Shown here: positions 17,659-27,523 of the stretch, piece by piece
How positions within the stretch are numbered: the first letter of the stretch is position 1
Layout: each line of letters starts with the position of its first letter
Assembly (NCBI RefSeq): GCF_000737315.1
Contig: NZ_JMCB01000003.1
Coordinates: 558,001 to 622,000, forward strand
DNA from: Hyalangium minutum
GTDB lineage: Bacteria; Myxococcota; Myxococcia; Myxococcales; Myxococcaceae
DNA length: 64,000 bases
Reading direction: 5' to 3'
Position numbers and translations under genes: made by a program
Notes under the pieces: model-generated
Databases searched by the model: none
Seen by the model: the letters and a program-made list of their open reading frames with translations, nothing else
What the model was told of the DNA's origin: nothing

Positions 17659-18693
17659 ATGACCCAGATTGAGTGCCTGCAGCAGAAGGGAATCCGGCGA
17701 CTAGGGAGCCCCCAGCGAGGCTTCCGGTATGTGCGAGCGGACGGGCGCCCGGTCTCTGCCCAGGAGCGCGAGCGGATCCAGGCGCTCAAGCTCCCGCCGG
17801 CCTGGAAGGACGTGGCGATCTCGTCGGCGGCGAAGGCGAAGCTGCAGGCCATTGGGAAGGACAACGCGGGCCGGTGGCAGTACCGCTACCACGAGTCCTT
17901 TTCGAAGCGGCAGCAGGAGGAGAAGTACAAGCGCATCGTGGGCTTTGCGCGCGCCCTTCCCCGCATGCGGCACCGGGTGAGCGTGGATCTGCGCAAGAAG
18001 GGCCTGGGGCGGGACAAGGTGCTGGCGTGCATGCTGCGCATCCTCGGCACGTGCTTCATCCGGCCGGGGAGCCAGGTGTACGCGGAGGAGAACGGCAGCT
18101 TCGGGCTGGCCACGCTGCGCGCCAAGCACGTGAAGGTGGTGGGGGACACGGTGCTCTTCGACTTCCCGGGCAAGAGCGGCCAGCAGCAGCACCGGGAGCT
18201 GAAGGATCGACGCGTCGCGGTGATCGTGCGGCAACTGCTGAAGGTGCCGGGCCGGGACGTCTTCAAGTTCGTGCTGGATGACGGCCACATCGTGGACGTG
18301 CGCCGCCGCCACATCAACGAGTACATCCAGGAAGTGATGGGCCCCGACTACAGCGCCAAGGACTTCCGGACGTGGGGCGGCACGCTGATCTGCGCGTGCG
18401 CGCTGGCTCGGGCCCGTCACCGGCTCAATCACGCGGCGGTCGAGGGCTGCGTGAAGGCGGTGAAGAAGACCATGGTGGCCGCGGTGCGCGAGGCCGCCGA
18501 GCACCTGGGCAACACGCCAGCGGTGGCGAGGTCCTCGTACATCTACCCGTCGGTCCTGGCGATGTTCGAGCAGGGCAAGGTCGTGGGAAAGTACTTCGAG
18601 TCCGTGGAGGAGCTGACGAAGCACGACGCGCCGGAGCTGCACTGCTCGGAGAAGGCGCTGCTGTCGATGCTGAAGGACGGCGCGGCCGTGTGA
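17659..18693 (+). CDS. DNA topoisomerase IB (bacterial, poxvirus-like)
   Basis: Motifs KLQAIGKDNAGRWQYRYH, IRPGSQVYAEENGSFGLATLR, FDFPGKSG, KDFRTW, HLGNTPAVARSSYI (catalytic Tyr). Confidence 0.92.
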   Translation: MTQIECLQQKGIRRLGSPQRGFRYVRADGRPVSAQERERIQALKLPPAWKDVAISSAAKAKLQAIGKDNAGRWQYRYHESFSKRQQEEKYKRIVGFARALPRMRHRVSVDLRKKGLGRDKVLACMLRILGTCFIRPGSQVYAEENGSFGLATLRAKHVKVVGDTVLFDFPGKSGQQQHRELKDRRVAVIVRQLLKVPGRDVFKFVLDDGHIVDVRRRHINEYIQEVMGPDYSAKDFRTWGGTLICACALARARHRLNHAAVEGCVKAVKKTMVAAVREAAEHLGNTPAVARSSYIYPSVLAMFEQGKVVGKYFESVEELTKHDAPELHCSEKALLSMLKDGAAV

Positions 18694-18733
18694 CCCCGGG
18701 AGCAGCTCCCGAGGCCCCACGGCCCGATGACAC

Positions 18734-19492
18734 TCAGGGCTTCTTGTCCGAGGGCACTTCACCCGTCAGCACGCAGATGAGCGCGACGGGATCGCACTTC
18801 ACAGGGAAGATCGGGTTGATGCCCGAGCCGCGCAGCCGGCCCACGTTGTAGTCCGGATACGGATCGCACTTGGTCTCGTCCGGCTTGCCGCTCGTGGCAC
18901 AGCTCACCACCGGCCAGATGCCCCGCACGGTGTACTCCGCGGTGCACCCGTTCTCCGTGTAGCGCAGGTCCGCGATGAACTGCGTGCCAGGGATCTCCGG
19001 CGTGTTGTAGACGCGCAGGCCGGACCACTCGTAGGTGAAGCTCTGGGCCGGGAGGCTGGAAGTGGCGGGCACCTCCAGGCGCGCGGGCGCCAGCTCCGGC
19101 ACGTCACAGAAGTTGTCCGGCCCCGGAGTCTCGGAGGCCAGGGGACCCAAGGCGTACGGCGCGCCCGCGGTGGCCGCATCGAGCTGGGCGGCATACTGCG
19201 TTCGCAGCCGCCCCATCCGGTCCGTGCGAATGGCCACGGTGTCGGGCGCCGAGGGATCCTGGTTGAAGTACTTCTGCAGGCCCACGGGCTCCGACTTGAG
19301 CTGGGTGCACAGGCGAGCCGGATCCGGACTCCCCTCCTTCAAGGTGTAGGTGGCCGCGAAGGAGCCCGTGGAGCCATCCGAGACGGCCCTCGCCACCGAG
19401 CACTGCCGCTCGGGATCCTCGGTGTTGCACGCGCTGAGTACGGCGGCCAGGGCCACCGCGCTCACGCTCATTCCCATCAGGTCGCGCTTCAT
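18734..19492 (-). CDS. Cys-rich lipoprotein, MlpA-like partner of the upstream TonB-dependent receptor
   Basis: True start MKRDLMGMSVSAVALAAVLSAC (lipobox) at 19492; several further Cys; directly downstream of the Oar-like gene, as in M. xanthus oar-mlpA. Confidence 0.72.
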   Translation of the reverse strand: MKRDLMGMSVSAVALAAVLSACNTEDPERQCSVARAVSDGSTGSFAATYTLKEGSPDPARLCTQLKSEPVGLQKYFNQDPSAPDTVAIRTDRMGRLRTQYAAQLDAATAGAPYALGPLASETPGPDNFCDVPELAPARLEVPATSSLPAQSFTYEWSGLRVYNTPEIPGTQFIADLRYTENGCTAEYTVRGIWPVVSCATSGKPDETKCDPYPDYNVGRLRGSGINPIFPVKCDPVALICVLTGEVPSDKKP

Positions 19493-19515
19493 GGAAGGTG
19501 TTCTCCGGGAAGGGG

Positions 19516-22500
19516 CTAGAAGCTGAGCTTCGCGCCGAGGCGAATGGACCGAGGCGCCTGGTAGGCGGTCGGCTTGCCGAAGTTGGGGTTGATGTCCGAG
19601 CTGGTGATGGGCTGGCCATTGGCCGTCCCGATGATCTTGCAGGTCGCCTTCGGATCCGAGCACGACTTCAGATCGGCCAGCTTCGTCCCATCCTCCAGCG
19701 AGTACACGCGGGTGAAGGTGAGGGTCTGATCGACGTTCGTGTACTGCTGGAAGTTGAAGAGGTTGAAGACGTCCAGGGAGAGGGTCAGCACATAGTTGTT
19801 CGCGAGCTTCTGGTTGAGGCCCACGTGCCCGTCGACGTTGTGGAGCCAGGGCAGCCGGCCACCGCTGCCGCGGGGCAGGATGAACGTCTCCGAGCCGCTG
19901 CGCCGCGGGTGCGCACCCAGCACGTTGGTCACCGTGCCAGAGCGGCCGCGGTAGCTCGTGCCGATGTTCAGGCTGGTGCTGTCGGTGAGGATGAACTCGC
20001 GCGCGCCGTAAGCCTTGAGGCTGTGCGTGCGGTCGCCGGGCAGCAGGCCGTACCGGTTGAACGTGAGCGACAGCAGGTCGAAGTCGCGCGTCAGGTTGGG
20101 CGACAGCTGGCCGGTGTCCGCGCGGAACAGGCCCGAGTAGTTCCCCTCCAGCCGGGCCCACGTGTAGCTGGCCTGGGCCAGCCACTGGTTGGAGAAGTTC
20201 TTCTGGTAGTAGAGCGTGACGCCGTCGTACCTGCGCTGAGCCTCCGGGAAGTCCGTGGAGTAGCCCTTGCCTGGGTTGCCGATGAAGAAGGTGCTGCCGT
20301 CATCGCGGCTCATGTCCTCGATGACGTTGTTGAGCTGGCGCCGCGTATAAGTGAGTCCCAGTCGGCCCAGGAGCAGCTCCAGCTCGCCGCCCACGACGAT
20401 CTCGTCCATCGACTGGGGCTTGATGTTCGGGTCCACGGGGACGCGATCGCCGCCCTCCACGCTCCAGAACTGGTTGGGGCTCTCCCGGTTGCCGATGACC
20501 GTGCGGTTCGCGTCGCTGGCGCAGGCGGTCTGCAGGGACTCGGGATCCGAGGGATTGCACGCGGGCGCCTTGTACGTGGCGGACATGAGCTGCTGCTGCG
20601 GGAACGAGAGGTCCGCCATGTCCAGCGTCATGCTCTCGTAGAAGCGGGCGTAGTTGACGAAGAGCTTGGAGCGGCCCTGCTGCGTGGGATCGTAGATGAC
20701 GCCCAGGCGCGGGGACCACTGGTTGGGCAGGTAGAGGCCCACCTTGTTGTCCAAGCCCCAGACCGTCTGCGCGTCGTAGCGGAGGCCCACGTTGACGGTG
20801 ACCTTGTCGAGCACCGACCAGCTGTCCTGCACGAAGCCGCCCACGGTCATCGACTTGGAGGTGCCCTCCTTCGTCTCCAGGAACACGGGCTGGTCCGGCC
20901 CGTCCAGGTAGCCATACTGGTTGAGGCTGAAGAAGCACGAGCCGTCCGTGCACTCCTGCCAGTGGGCGAAGCCCGTGCGCGCGCGGTTGTTGTAGAAGCT
21001 CAGCCGCTCCGCGTCGAAGCCCGCCTTGACGATGTGGTGGCCGCGCCACTCGAAGAGGTACGTGCCCAGCACCTTGCCCTGGATGCGATCCAGCTTCTGG
21101 ATGCTGATGGTGCCCGGGCCACCCGTGGTGTACGCGCTCACCGGGCAGCGCGAGGCACGCTGCTCCGCCGGCAGCTCCGACGGAGAGTCACAGACGGAGG
21201 GATCCGGCAGCGACTCGAACTCGGTGATGCTGTGGAAGTCGCGCCCCGCCACGCCGGTGGTGGTGGAAGGCCGGCGCGTGCGCCGCCAGGAGACGCGCGG
21301 ATCCTTGGAGAGCCCCGTTCCCGAGTTCAGCCCCGAGTCATCCGACGGCAGGATCGTGTCGTACTGGTGGTGCCAACCCACCGTGGCATCCAGGAGCAGC
21401 TTCTTGTCGAAGAACGAGGAGGACTGCTTCGCCACCAGGTCCAGCGCGTTGTTGTCCCGCATGGTGGCGATGGACTCGTAGCTGCCCTGGACAAAGCCGG
21501 TGCAGGACAGGCTCGAGCACACCTCGGGCTCACCGTCGTCGCTGAAGGCGTACTTCCCTGCCCCACCCGAGGAGCGCGGCACGCCGAACACGGAGATCGA
21601 CAGGTTGTGATCGGGGGTGAAGAGGTACGTCAGCTTGGCCGTGTACTGCAGGCTGCGCTCGTCCGCGAAGCGGTTGACCTGGGTGCCCTCAATGGGCGTG
21701 GACACCTGGAACAGCGTCTTGGGATCCACCCGCGCCGCGCCCACCGCCGTGCAGCCGTTCTCGCGATCCACCGCCGTGCAGATGTCCAGCGTGCTCAGCC
21801 GCCGCTGCACCTGGATGCGGCTGAACGACGGCGCCACGCCCACGTAAAACCAGAGCTTGTCCTTGAGGATCGGTCCACCGAGATCGAAGCCGAAGTCGCC
21901 CAGGTTCCAGGGCTTGCCCTGGGCGCTGATGACGGAGCCCGCCTGCTGCACCACCGTGCCCGATGTCTGCAGGACGCCCGGGGCCATGTTGGCGAACACC
22001 GAGCCGTGGAACTCGTTGGAGCCGGACTTGGTGACGACGTTGAGGATGCCGCCCGTGGCGCGGCCGTACTCGGGCATGTAGCCGCTGGTGATGACGTTGA
22101 CCTCCTTGACGAACTCCACCGACAGCGGCGTGCCCACGGTGCCCACGCTGGGATCACTCACGGACAGGCCGTCCACCACGTACTGGCTCTCTGGAGAACT
22201 GCTGCCGCTGATGCTCACGCCGTAGCGATCTTCCTGGGCACCGGGGGCCAGCTCGGCCAGCGACTCGAAGGAGCGCGTGGCGGAGCCCTTGCCGCCCGGG
22301 CGGATGACGGCCACGTTGCGCAGGAAGTCCGAGTCCACGCTCACGCCCGCGGCGCTGGAGCCGATGTCCACGGTGGGCGGAGTGGCGACGATCTCCATCG
22401 TCTCGCCCAGGGCGTCCGGCAACAGTTCCACATTGACGCGGATCGTCACGCCCAGGCGCAGGGTGATGCCCGACCGCGCGTAAGGCCTGTAGGACTCCTT

Positions 22501-22752
22501 CTCGAACCGGAGGGTATAGGTGCTCGGCGGAAGCTGAGGGATGCGGTACTGCCCGCTCCCATCCGTGACGACCGTCTGCTCGCCCATGAGGCCCGGGGCC
22601 GTAGCGGTGACGATGACATCGGGGACGGGCTTCTTCGTCGAAGCGTCGATGACGGTGCCGGTGATGACAGAAGTGGTTTGGGCCAGCGCCTCGGAGCCAG
22701 ACAGCGCGGCCACGAGACACAGCCCCCATGCGAGAGCCAGACGTTTGAACAA
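19516..22752 (-). CDS. Oar-like TonB-dependent outer-membrane receptor
   Basis: Carboxypeptidase-regulatory-like N-domain (VITGTVIDASTKKPV...G.YRIPQLPP), plug (SPESQYVVDG...MPEYGRATGG..NVVTKSGSN.FHG), C-terminal YQAPRSIRLGAKLSF. Likely TTG start at 22752 with a GGAGGGG RBS and a signal peptide ending ALA-Q. Confidence 0.9.
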   Translation of the reverse strand: MFKRLALAWGLCLVAALSGSEALAQTTSVITGTVIDASTKKPVPDVIVTATAPGLMGEQTVVTDGSGQYRIPQLPPSTYTLRFEKESYRPYARSGITLRLGVTIRVNVELLPDALGETMEIVATPPTVDIGSSAAGVSVDSDFLRNVAVIRPGGKGSATRSFESLAELAPGAQEDRYGVSISGSSSPESQYVVDGLSVSDPSVGTVGTPLSVEFVKEVNVITSGYMPEYGRATGGILNVVTKSGSNEFHGSVFANMAPGVLQTSGTVVQQAGSVISAQGKPWNLGDFGFDLGGPILKDKLWFYVGVAPSFSRIQVQRRLSTLDICTAVDRENGCTAVGAARVDPKTLFQVSTPIEGTQVNRFADERSLQYTAKLTYLFTPDHNLSISVFGVPRSSGGAGKYAFSDDGEPEVCSSLSCTGFVQGSYESIATMRDNNALDLVAKQSSSFFDKKLLLDATVGWHHQYDTILPSDDSGLNSGTGLSKDPRVSWRRTRRPSTTTGVAGRDFHSITEFESLPDPSVCDSPSELPAEQRASRCPVSAYTTGGPGTISIQKLDRIQGKVLGTYLFEWRGHHIVKAGFDAERLSFYNNRARTGFAHWQECTDGSCFFSLNQYGYLDGPDQPVFLETKEGTSKSMTVGGFVQDSWSVLDKVTVNVGLRYDAQTVWGLDNKVGLYLPNQWSPRLGVIYDPTQQGRSKLFVNYARFYESMTLDMADLSFPQQQLMSATYKAPACNPSDPESLQTACASDANRTVIGNRESPNQFWSVEGGDRVPVDPNIKPQSMDEIVVGGELELLLGRLGLTYTRRQLNNVIEDMSRDDGSTFFIGNPGKGYSTDFPEAQRRYDGVTLYYQKNFSNQWLAQASYTWARLEGNYSGLFRADTGQLSPNLTRDFDLLSLTFNRYGLLPGDRTHSLKAYGAREFILTDSTSLNIGTSYRGRSGTVTNVLGAHPRRSGSETFILPRGSGGRLPWLHNVDGHVGLNQKLANNYVLTLSLDVFNLFNFQQYTNVDQTLTFTRVYSLEDGTKLADLKSCSDPKATCKIIGTANGQPITSSDINPNFGKPTAYQAPRSIRLGAKLSF

Positions 22753-22913
22753 GGAACCCCTCCAGAGGTGCGGGGCGCACTTTGTCCCAAACCAGACGGA
22801 AGCCCAAATCCCATCTGGCGAGTGGGTTGGGAAAAAGCACTCGGGGCGGATGCCAGGTTCCACTGCCGGGCCTACCTTCTCTCGGCCTCCATGTGCAGCC
22901 GAGGAGCCCAGGT

Positions 22914-25073
22914 ATGGCGAAGCGCGCTCCCAACGCCCGGGGTGGCGGACGGAAGACAGTTGAGCGGGACACCATCCCCGAGGGTGTCGAGGTCCCGGAC
23001 AAGGCTCTGTTCTTCAACCGGGAGCTGTCCTGGCTGCTCTTCAACGATCGGGTGCTGCAGTTGGCCGAGGACAGCGCGGTGCCGCTACTGGAGCGCCTGA
23101 AGTTCTGCGCCATCTACGCGCGCAACCTGGACGAGTTCTTCATGATCCGCGTGGCCCGGCTGCACGAGCAGCACCGCGCGGGCGTCGTCCGGCTGGTTCC
23201 GGATGGGGCCACACCGGGCGAGACCCTGGACAAGCTGCACGCGCGCATCCGCGAGCAGGGGCTGCGGCACAGCCACTGCTTCGAGCAGGTACTGCGGCCA
23301 GCGCTGGCGGAGAAGGGGCTGCGCATCCTCTCCATGAAGAAGCTGGATGCGGAGGCTCGGGCGCAGATAAATGAGCGCTTCCGCGCGCAGATCTTTCCCG
23401 TGCTCACGCCGCTGGCGATCGGGCTGGGGCGGCACTTTCCCTATATCTCCAATCTCTCGGTGAGCCTGGCGGTGCTGCTCCGGGATCCGGTGGCGGAGGT
23501 CGAGAACGTCGCACGGGTGAAGGTGCCCAAGGAGCTGCTGCCTCGCTTCGTGCCGCTCAAGAACGACGCCACGTCCTTCGTGCCGCTCGAGGACATCATC
23601 GCGCACAACCTGGGCACGCTGTTCCCGGGGATGGAGGTGCTGGACTACGGGGTGTTCCGCGTCACGCGGGACGCGGACTTCACCGTGTCCGAGGACGCGG
23701 AGGATCTGCTGGTGGCGGTGCAGGACGAGCTGCGACAGCGCCGCTTCGGAGACGTGATCCGCTTGGAGCTACAGGCGGGGATGAACCCCACGCTGCGCGA
23801 GTCCCTGGTGGAGGCGCTGGGGCTGGAGCCTCGGCAGGTGTACGAGGAGCAGGGACTGCTGGCGCTGGCGGATCTGCACTCGGTGGTGGCCACGCCGGGC
23901 TTCTCGGAGCTGCGGGCCACCTCGTGGACTCCTGTCACCCAGCCCCGGCTGCGGCCCGAGGGTGACACCGAGGGCACGGTGATGGCGGCCATGCGTCGCG
24001 GCGATCTGCTGGTGCACCACCCCTACGAGTCCTTCGCCACCTCCGTGGAGCGCTTCGTCACGGAGGCGGTGGAGAACCCGGACGTGCTGGCCATCAAGCA
24101 GACGGTGTACCGGACCTCGGACAGCTCGCCGCTGGTGCCCGCGCTCATCCACGCGACGGAAGGCGGTAAGCAGGCCGTCTGCATGGTGGAGCTCAAGGCC
24201 CGCTTTGACGAGCGCACGAACATCCAGTGGGCGCTGGCGCTGGAGGAGGCCGGGGTGCATGTGGTCTACGGCATCCCCGGGCTGAAGACGCACGCCAAGG
24301 CGATCCTCATCGTCCACCGCGAGGGCGAGAAGATCCGGCACTACGTCCACATCGGCACGGGCAACTACAACCCGAAGACGGCACGGCTCTACACGGACCT
24401 GGGACTGTTCACGACGGACCCGGACATCGGCGCGGACGTGGCGGACCTGTTCAACTACCTGACCGGGTTCGCCCGGCCCGAGACGTTCCGCAAGCTGCTC
24501 GTGGCGCCCATCAACCTGCGCGAGGGACTGCTGGAGCAGATCCGCCGCACGGTGGCGGCACACTCGAAGGAGAAGCCGTCGCGCATCCTGATGAAGATGA
24601 ATGCGCTGGTGGATCCCACGCTCATCCGGGCGCTCTATGACGCCTCTCGTGCGGGAGTGAAGGTGGAGCTCAACGTGCGAGGCATCTGCTGCCTGCGGCC
24701 CGGGGTGCCCGGTGTCTCGGAGAACATCCGGGTGGTGTCGCTGCTCGGCCGCTTCCTGGAGCACTCGCGCATCTATTGTTTCGAGCGCGGCGGAGAGACG
24801 CGCTGCTACATCGGGTCGGCGGATCTGATGCCGCGCAACCTGGACCACCGCGTGGAGGCGCTCGTTCCAGTGGAGGATCCGCAGATCCTCGCCCAGGTGC
24901 GAGACATCCTCGAACGCTCCCTCGCGGACAACACTCACGCGTGGGAACTGGACGCGGATGGCACCTGGCGCCGCCGCACGGCCAAGAACGGAGAGAAGCG
25001 CTGGGCCCAGGGCGAGCTGATGGAGCGCTCCGTCCGTCTGGCCCAGGCTCCCAGCGGCCGTCCCCTTCCCTAG
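22914..25073 (+). CDS. ppk1: Polyphosphate kinase 1
   Basis: FNRELSWLLFNDRVL, LLVHHPYESF, ELKARFDE, YVHIGTGNYN, GRFLEHSRI, SADLMPRNLDHRVE. Start at ATG 22914 after a GAGGAG RBS. Confidence 0.96.
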   Translation: MAKRAPNARGGGRKTVERDTIPEGVEVPDKALFFNRELSWLLFNDRVLQLAEDSAVPLLERLKFCAIYARNLDEFFMIRVARLHEQHRAGVVRLVPDGATPGETLDKLHARIREQGLRHSHCFEQVLRPALAEKGLRILSMKKLDAEARAQINERFRAQIFPVLTPLAIGLGRHFPYISNLSVSLAVLLRDPVAEVENVARVKVPKELLPRFVPLKNDATSFVPLEDIIAHNLGTLFPGMEVLDYGVFRVTRDADFTVSEDAEDLLVAVQDELRQRRFGDVIRLELQAGMNPTLRESLVEALGLEPRQVYEEQGLLALADLHSVVATPGFSELRATSWTPVTQPRLRPEGDTEGTVMAAMRRGDLLVHHPYESFATSVERFVTEAVENPDVLAIKQTVYRTSDSSPLVPALIHATEGGKQAVCMVELKARFDERTNIQWALALEEAGVHVVYGIPGLKTHAKAILIVHREGEKIRHYVHIGTGNYNPKTARLYTDLGLFTTDPDIGADVADLFNYLTGFARPETFRKLLVAPINLREGLLEQIRRTVAAHSKEKPSRILMKMNALVDPTLIRALYDASRAGVKVELNVRGICCLRPGVPGVSENIRVVSLLGRFLEHSRIYCFERGGETRCYIGSADLMPRNLDHRVEALVPVEDPQILAQVRDILERSLADNTHAWELDADGTWRRRTAKNGEKRWAQGELMERSVRLAQAPSGRPLP

Positions 25074-25086
25074 CGAACCTCGCGGC

Positions 25087-26343
25087 TCACATCTTCTTCA
25101 CGAGCGCCGCACGCTCCTGGACCTTCTCCATCGTGTCCAGGCTGAAGCTGCGCGCGTGTCCCAACTCCTCCTTGAGGAACATGGCGACGTTGTCCGCGAG
25201 TTCCTGGGCTGCCTTCTTCCGCTTCGGAGGCAACGGATCGAAGGTGGCGAAGACCCCCTGGCCCGCGGACGGATCGAACTCCCAGAAGCCCACCACGCGC
25301 TCGCCATCGAGCAGCGTCCGCGACAGAAGGTGCTTCACCTCCCCCAGCGTCGAGCCCTTCTTGCTGCCCCACTGAGACACCGCTCGCGAGTGGTGCTTCG
25401 GGTCGATCAGCAGTCCGGGCCCACCATGGACCGTGAGGTAATTGTCCTCGGCCGCGAGCATCGACAGGGACGTGGCCCCGGGCTGGGCCTCCTTCAGCGC
25501 CGAGACGTCCTGCTCCAGCACGAAGGCCTCGTCGGCGTAGCCCTCCACCTTTACCGGCACCACGGGGAGCTTCTCGAAGGCCGCGCGAGCATCCCGCTGC
25601 GAGAGCGCCGACCACGCCGCGAAGTCCGCCACCGTCACAGGCCCCACCTGCCGGACGAAGATCTCCGCGAGCCGCACGTTCCGCTCGGCGGCATCCGCCG
25701 GAACTTTGGCGCCCGTGAACGGGCTCTTCGCCGGGATTCGCCAGAGGTACCGCTCCGTGTCCAACCGCCCGGCATCGAGCGTCCGCTCCAGCTTCCCTTC
25801 GAACTCCAGGTAGCGCAGCGCTGGGGGAAGCGGAGAGGAGATCCCCACCTTCTTGCCCTTCTCTCCCAGGCTGCGGACAGTGCCCTCGGGCAAGGCCTTG
25901 CGCAGCGCGTCCGTTGTCAGCGGGCCCTTGCGCAGCACCTTGAGCACGGCCTCACCGATGCCGGACAGCTCGGATTGCGGGACGCCGACCTTCTCCATCT
26001 CCTTGTCCATCCGCTTGCGCGCCTGGTCCTCGGCAATCCGCAGCACGAGCGGCACTTGCGCCCGAGGCACCACGTAGATGCAGCCGCGAACCGCCGGGAT
26101 GACCTGGATCCGGGACTGGGCCACGGCCTCATCCAAGTCTTGTCGGCGCAGCCCCGGAAGACGCGCCCGCACCGCGAGATACACATCCACGCCCCCGAGC
26201 GTGCGAGGCCAGCTCGTGGCCGCGAGCGTCTCCTCGATGCTTCCCTTCCCCGGCTCGGCGAGCCCCTGGCGGCGGTGCCAGAACGCGCGCGCTTGCTCGA
26301 GGGAAACAGAGACTGCGGGTGCGGCGGGCTTCGTCCGAGCCAT
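25087..26343 (-). CDS. HTH_42 / AlkZ-YcaQ-like winged-helix DNA-binding protein
   Basis: Architecture ...YLAVRARLPG...AVRGCIY...GPLTTDALR...GPVTVADFAAWSAL...LDGERVVGFW, typical of the AlkZ-like glycosylase family. Confidence 0.72.
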   Translation of the reverse strand: MARTKPAAPAVSVSLEQARAFWHRRQGLAEPGKGSIEETLAATSWPRTLGGVDVYLAVRARLPGLRRQDLDEAVAQSRIQVIPAVRGCIYVVPRAQVPLVLRIAEDQARKRMDKEMEKVGVPQSELSGIGEAVLKVLRKGPLTTDALRKALPEGTVRSLGEKGKKVGISSPLPPALRYLEFEGKLERTLDAGRLDTERYLWRIPAKSPFTGAKVPADAAERNVRLAEIFVRQVGPVTVADFAAWSALSQRDARAAFEKLPVVPVKVEGYADEAFVLEQDVSALKEAQPGATSLSMLAAEDNYLTVHGGPGLLIDPKHHSRAVSQWGSKKGSTLGEVKHLLSRTLLDGERVVGFWEFDPSAGQGVFATFDPLPPKRKKAAQELADNVAMFLKEELGHARSFSLDTMEKVQERAALVKKM

Positions 26344-26424
26344 GAACTTCCTCCAAGGGGCGCGCAGTCTAAACCGATGCGCGCGCCCCAGCGGAAGAGG
26401 CCGCCGGCTCCTTTGAGCCGGTCC

Positions 26425-27417
26425 TCAGTGGGCGCGGGCCGTCGCAGGCCGCAGCGGCGCTGTCGCGGACGAGGCCGCTCCCTTCATGGCCTCGAGCGTC
26501 TGGCGGATACCCTCGTGATAGGGAGTCTTGCGCACCTCTCCCAAGAGTCCTCGCAGCGCTGAGTCATCCATCAGCACGGGCGTGGTCTGCAGGTAGTACA
26601 TCTCCACGAGCTCCCGCATGAACGGGTCGAACAGTCCCAGCGCGCGCACCATCCACGGGCCCGCGACGCGGAGCTTCGGGGGACGGCCCACCTCCGAGAA
26701 GATCCGCTCCACGATCTCTCGCTGGGTGGTGACCCCGGCTCCCGCCAGGTTCCAGGCTCGGCCGTAAGCGCGCGGCTCGTCGATGAGCGAGGCGACCACC
26801 GGCCCCACGTCCGGGACGAACACGAACTCGTGAGGCGTGTCGATGGGCCCGATGAGATCGGCCCGCGTGCCCTGAAGCGCGGCCTGGAAGACTCGGTAGA
26901 GAAGACTGCGCTCGAGGTTTGGACCGTAGAAGTCCGGCAGTCGCAGAATGGCCGTCTGCAGCCCGTCCCGGCCATGCGCCCCGAGCACGAGATCCTCCTG
27001 CTCCTTGCGCATCCGCCCCTTGAAGGTGTGGGGCTCGCGCGGATGGGACTCATCGACTCGCGCGCGCTGGGGCCGGCCAAACGGATACACCGTCCCGATG
27101 AGCAGCAGCTTGGACACCCCGGCGGCCCGCGCCCCCTCCAGCGTCTTCTGCATGAGGATTGGGTGCAACCGGAAGTCCCAGTACGGCACCCCCACCAGGT
27201 AGATGAGCGTCTCCAGCCCCTGCGCGGCGGCCTTCACGGACTGGGGATCGTCCGGGTTCCACGTCACGATCTCCGCCAGCGGATCGGCGCCGAACTCTGC
27301 CTCGAGCGCCCCTCGCGAGCGCCCCACCACCCGGTACGGACGCCCGCTTGCCCTCAAGGCGCTCGCCACACTTCCACCGATGGCTCCAGCCGCTCCAAAC
27401 AGTCCCACCAGGCCCAT
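26425..27417 (-). CDS. NAD-dependent epimerase/dehydratase family protein
   Basis: Rossmann motif GLFGAAGAIG; LRLPDFYGP; AGGAGG RBS before ATG 27417. Confidence 0.88.
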   Translation of the reverse strand: MGLVGLFGAAGAIGGSVASALRASGRPYRVVGRSRGALEAEFGADPLAEIVTWNPDDPQSVKAAAQGLETLIYLVGVPYWDFRLHPILMQKTLEGARAAGVSKLLLIGTVYPFGRPQRARVDESHPREPHTFKGRMRKEQEDLVLGAHGRDGLQTAILRLPDFYGPNLERSLLYRVFQAALQGTRADLIGPIDTPHEFVFVPDVGPVVASLIDEPRAYGRAWNLAGAGVTTQREIVERIFSEVGRPPKLRVAGPWMVRALGLFDPFMRELVEMYYLQTTPVLMDDSALRGLLGEVRKTPYHEGIRQTLEAMKGAASSATAPLRPATARAH

Positions 27418-27450
27418 GACATGCCTCCTTGTCTGAACACCTAACCACGG

Positions 27451-27479
27451 AGTGAACACTGTTCACTGAACGCCGTTCA
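27451..27479. promoter_or_regulatory. Tandem TetR operator candidates
   Basis: AGTGAACA-C-TGTTCACT (27451-27467) and TGAACG-C-CGTTCA (27467-27479), plus a half-site TGAACAC at 27434, between the divergent epimerase and TetR genes. Confidence 0.75.
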
Positions 27480-27523
27480 TTTAATGATGACCGTCCGGGC
27501 CGTCAAGGCTTAAAGTTCCTTTC

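Noticed and set aside
18734-20185. 483-aa ORF as called in the track
   Set aside because: Its 5' part overlaps the TonB receptor in another frame. The real gene starts at 19492 with a lipoprotein signal.
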